Source: Candidatus Poriferisodalis sp.
GTDB taxonomy: Bacteria; Actinomycetota; Acidimicrobiia; Acidimicrobiales; Poriferisodalaceae
Direction: 5' to 3'
NCBI RefSeq assembly: GCF_965208485.1
Contig: NZ_OZ242344.1
Location: forward strand, 648,067 to 712,066
DNA length: 64,000 nucleotides
Part shown: in pieces, positions 63,688 to 64,000 of the stretch
How positions within the stretch are numbered: the stretch's first letter is position 1
Layout of the letters: the number at the start of each line of letters is the position of its first letter
Translations under genes and position numbers: made by a program
Notes under the pieces: generated by a model
What the model was told of the DNA's origin: nothing
Database searches by the model: none
The model's input: only the letters and a program-made list of their open reading frames with translations

Positions 63688-64000
63688 CTACAGCGGTGGG
63701 ATGACGCCCTTCTGCTGGCCGATCAACTGGTAGGTCTCAGGCCGGCGATAGCGGTCGAAGTTGAACAGGGTGTTCTTGTAGTGCGAGCACCAGTCGAGGT
63801 CGCATTGGGCCGTGATGAGCTCGTCTCCGTCGGTGACTGCTTGGGCCACAATTTGGCCGGACGGGGCTATCACCGCCGAGTGAGCGAGCGACTCCACGCC
63901 CTCTTCGGTGCCGCCCTTCGCGACACCGACCACCCAGGTGCCGTTCTGGTAGGCACCTGCCTGCATCACGAGGTGATTGTGAAACGCCTGCAGCGGATCC
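63688..64000 (-). CDS. Carbon-nitrogen hydrolase (N-carbamoyl-amino-acid hydrolase-like), C-terminal part; N-terminus is off the window
   Basis: ...AYQNGTWVVGVAKGGTEEGVESLAHSAVIAPSGQIVA...FDRYRRPETYQLI, typical of the nitrilase superfamily (D-carbamoylase-like). Confidence 0.7.
   Translation of the reverse strand, partial: DPLQAFHNHLVMQAGAYQNGTWVVGVAKGGTEEGVESLAHSAVIAPSGQIVAQAVTDGDELITAQCDLDWCSHYKNTLFNFDRYRRPETYQLIGQQKGVIPPL

Noticed and set aside
1-64000. Scan for CRISPR arrays, tRNA, rRNA and tmRNA
   Set aside because: No regularly spaced short repeats, no tRNA-like T-arm/anticodon architecture and no rRNA-like segments were noticed by eye. tRNAscan or Infernal would be needed for certainty.

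Overview
High-GC, Actinomycetota-like chromosomal window: many LLM/F420-type oxidoreductases, a DUF222-HNH gene, and IS110, IS1380 and IS982 relics. All calls come from reading the ORF track and the DNA by eye; no searches were run, so family names rest on recalled motifs. Layout: (i) 1-5.9 kb, housekeeping and metabolic genes. (ii) 5.9-8.5 kb, decayed mobile DNA: an IS110 remnant and a frameshifted DUF222/HNH gene. (iii) 9.4-19.9 kb, a plus-strand oxidative catabolic cluster: LLM oxidoreductase, Rieske oxygenase, cupin, SDR, ThDP enzyme, a molybdenum hydroxylase with fused FAD/[2Fe-2S] subunit plus large subunit, and an extradiol dioxygenase. (iv) 20.0-26.2 kb, a minus-strand operon: P450, LLM remnant, amidohydrolase, SDR, ERG4/ERG24-type sterol-reductase homolog, COG0523 GTPase. 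(v) 27.7-29.7 kb, a translationally coupled ABC-type ATPase plus a small PD-(D/E)xK-like protein. (vi) 32.0-43.9 kb, a mosaic accessory island downstream of an acyl-CoA dehydrogenase gene, whose last 115 nt recur at the far end of the island. The island holds an IS1380 copy, an IS982 fragment, toxin-antitoxin modules, internal 0.5-kb direct repeats and a chimeric PIN/nitroreductase ORF. It also holds the most interesting block, at 39.3-43.4 kb and of lower GC: small membrane protein, DNA-base-hypermodification-like protein, TIR-like protein and Nmad2-like protein, convergent with a membrane-anchored dCTP-deaminase-like protein and a helical partner. I propose this block as a candidate undescribed nucleotide-targeting defence or modification system. 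(vii) 46.6-61.1 kb, a BMP-type ABC importer, dpaL, an ssnA-like gene and an xdhD-like fused Mo-hydroxylase (a purine-catabolism-type neighbourhood). It is interrupted by lower-GC cargo that includes an OLD/PARIS-like ATPase-Toprim fusion. No rRNA, tRNA or CRISPR array was seen. A ~109-nt structured repeat occurs twice (4.9 kb and 45.0 kb) with compensatory stem changes.
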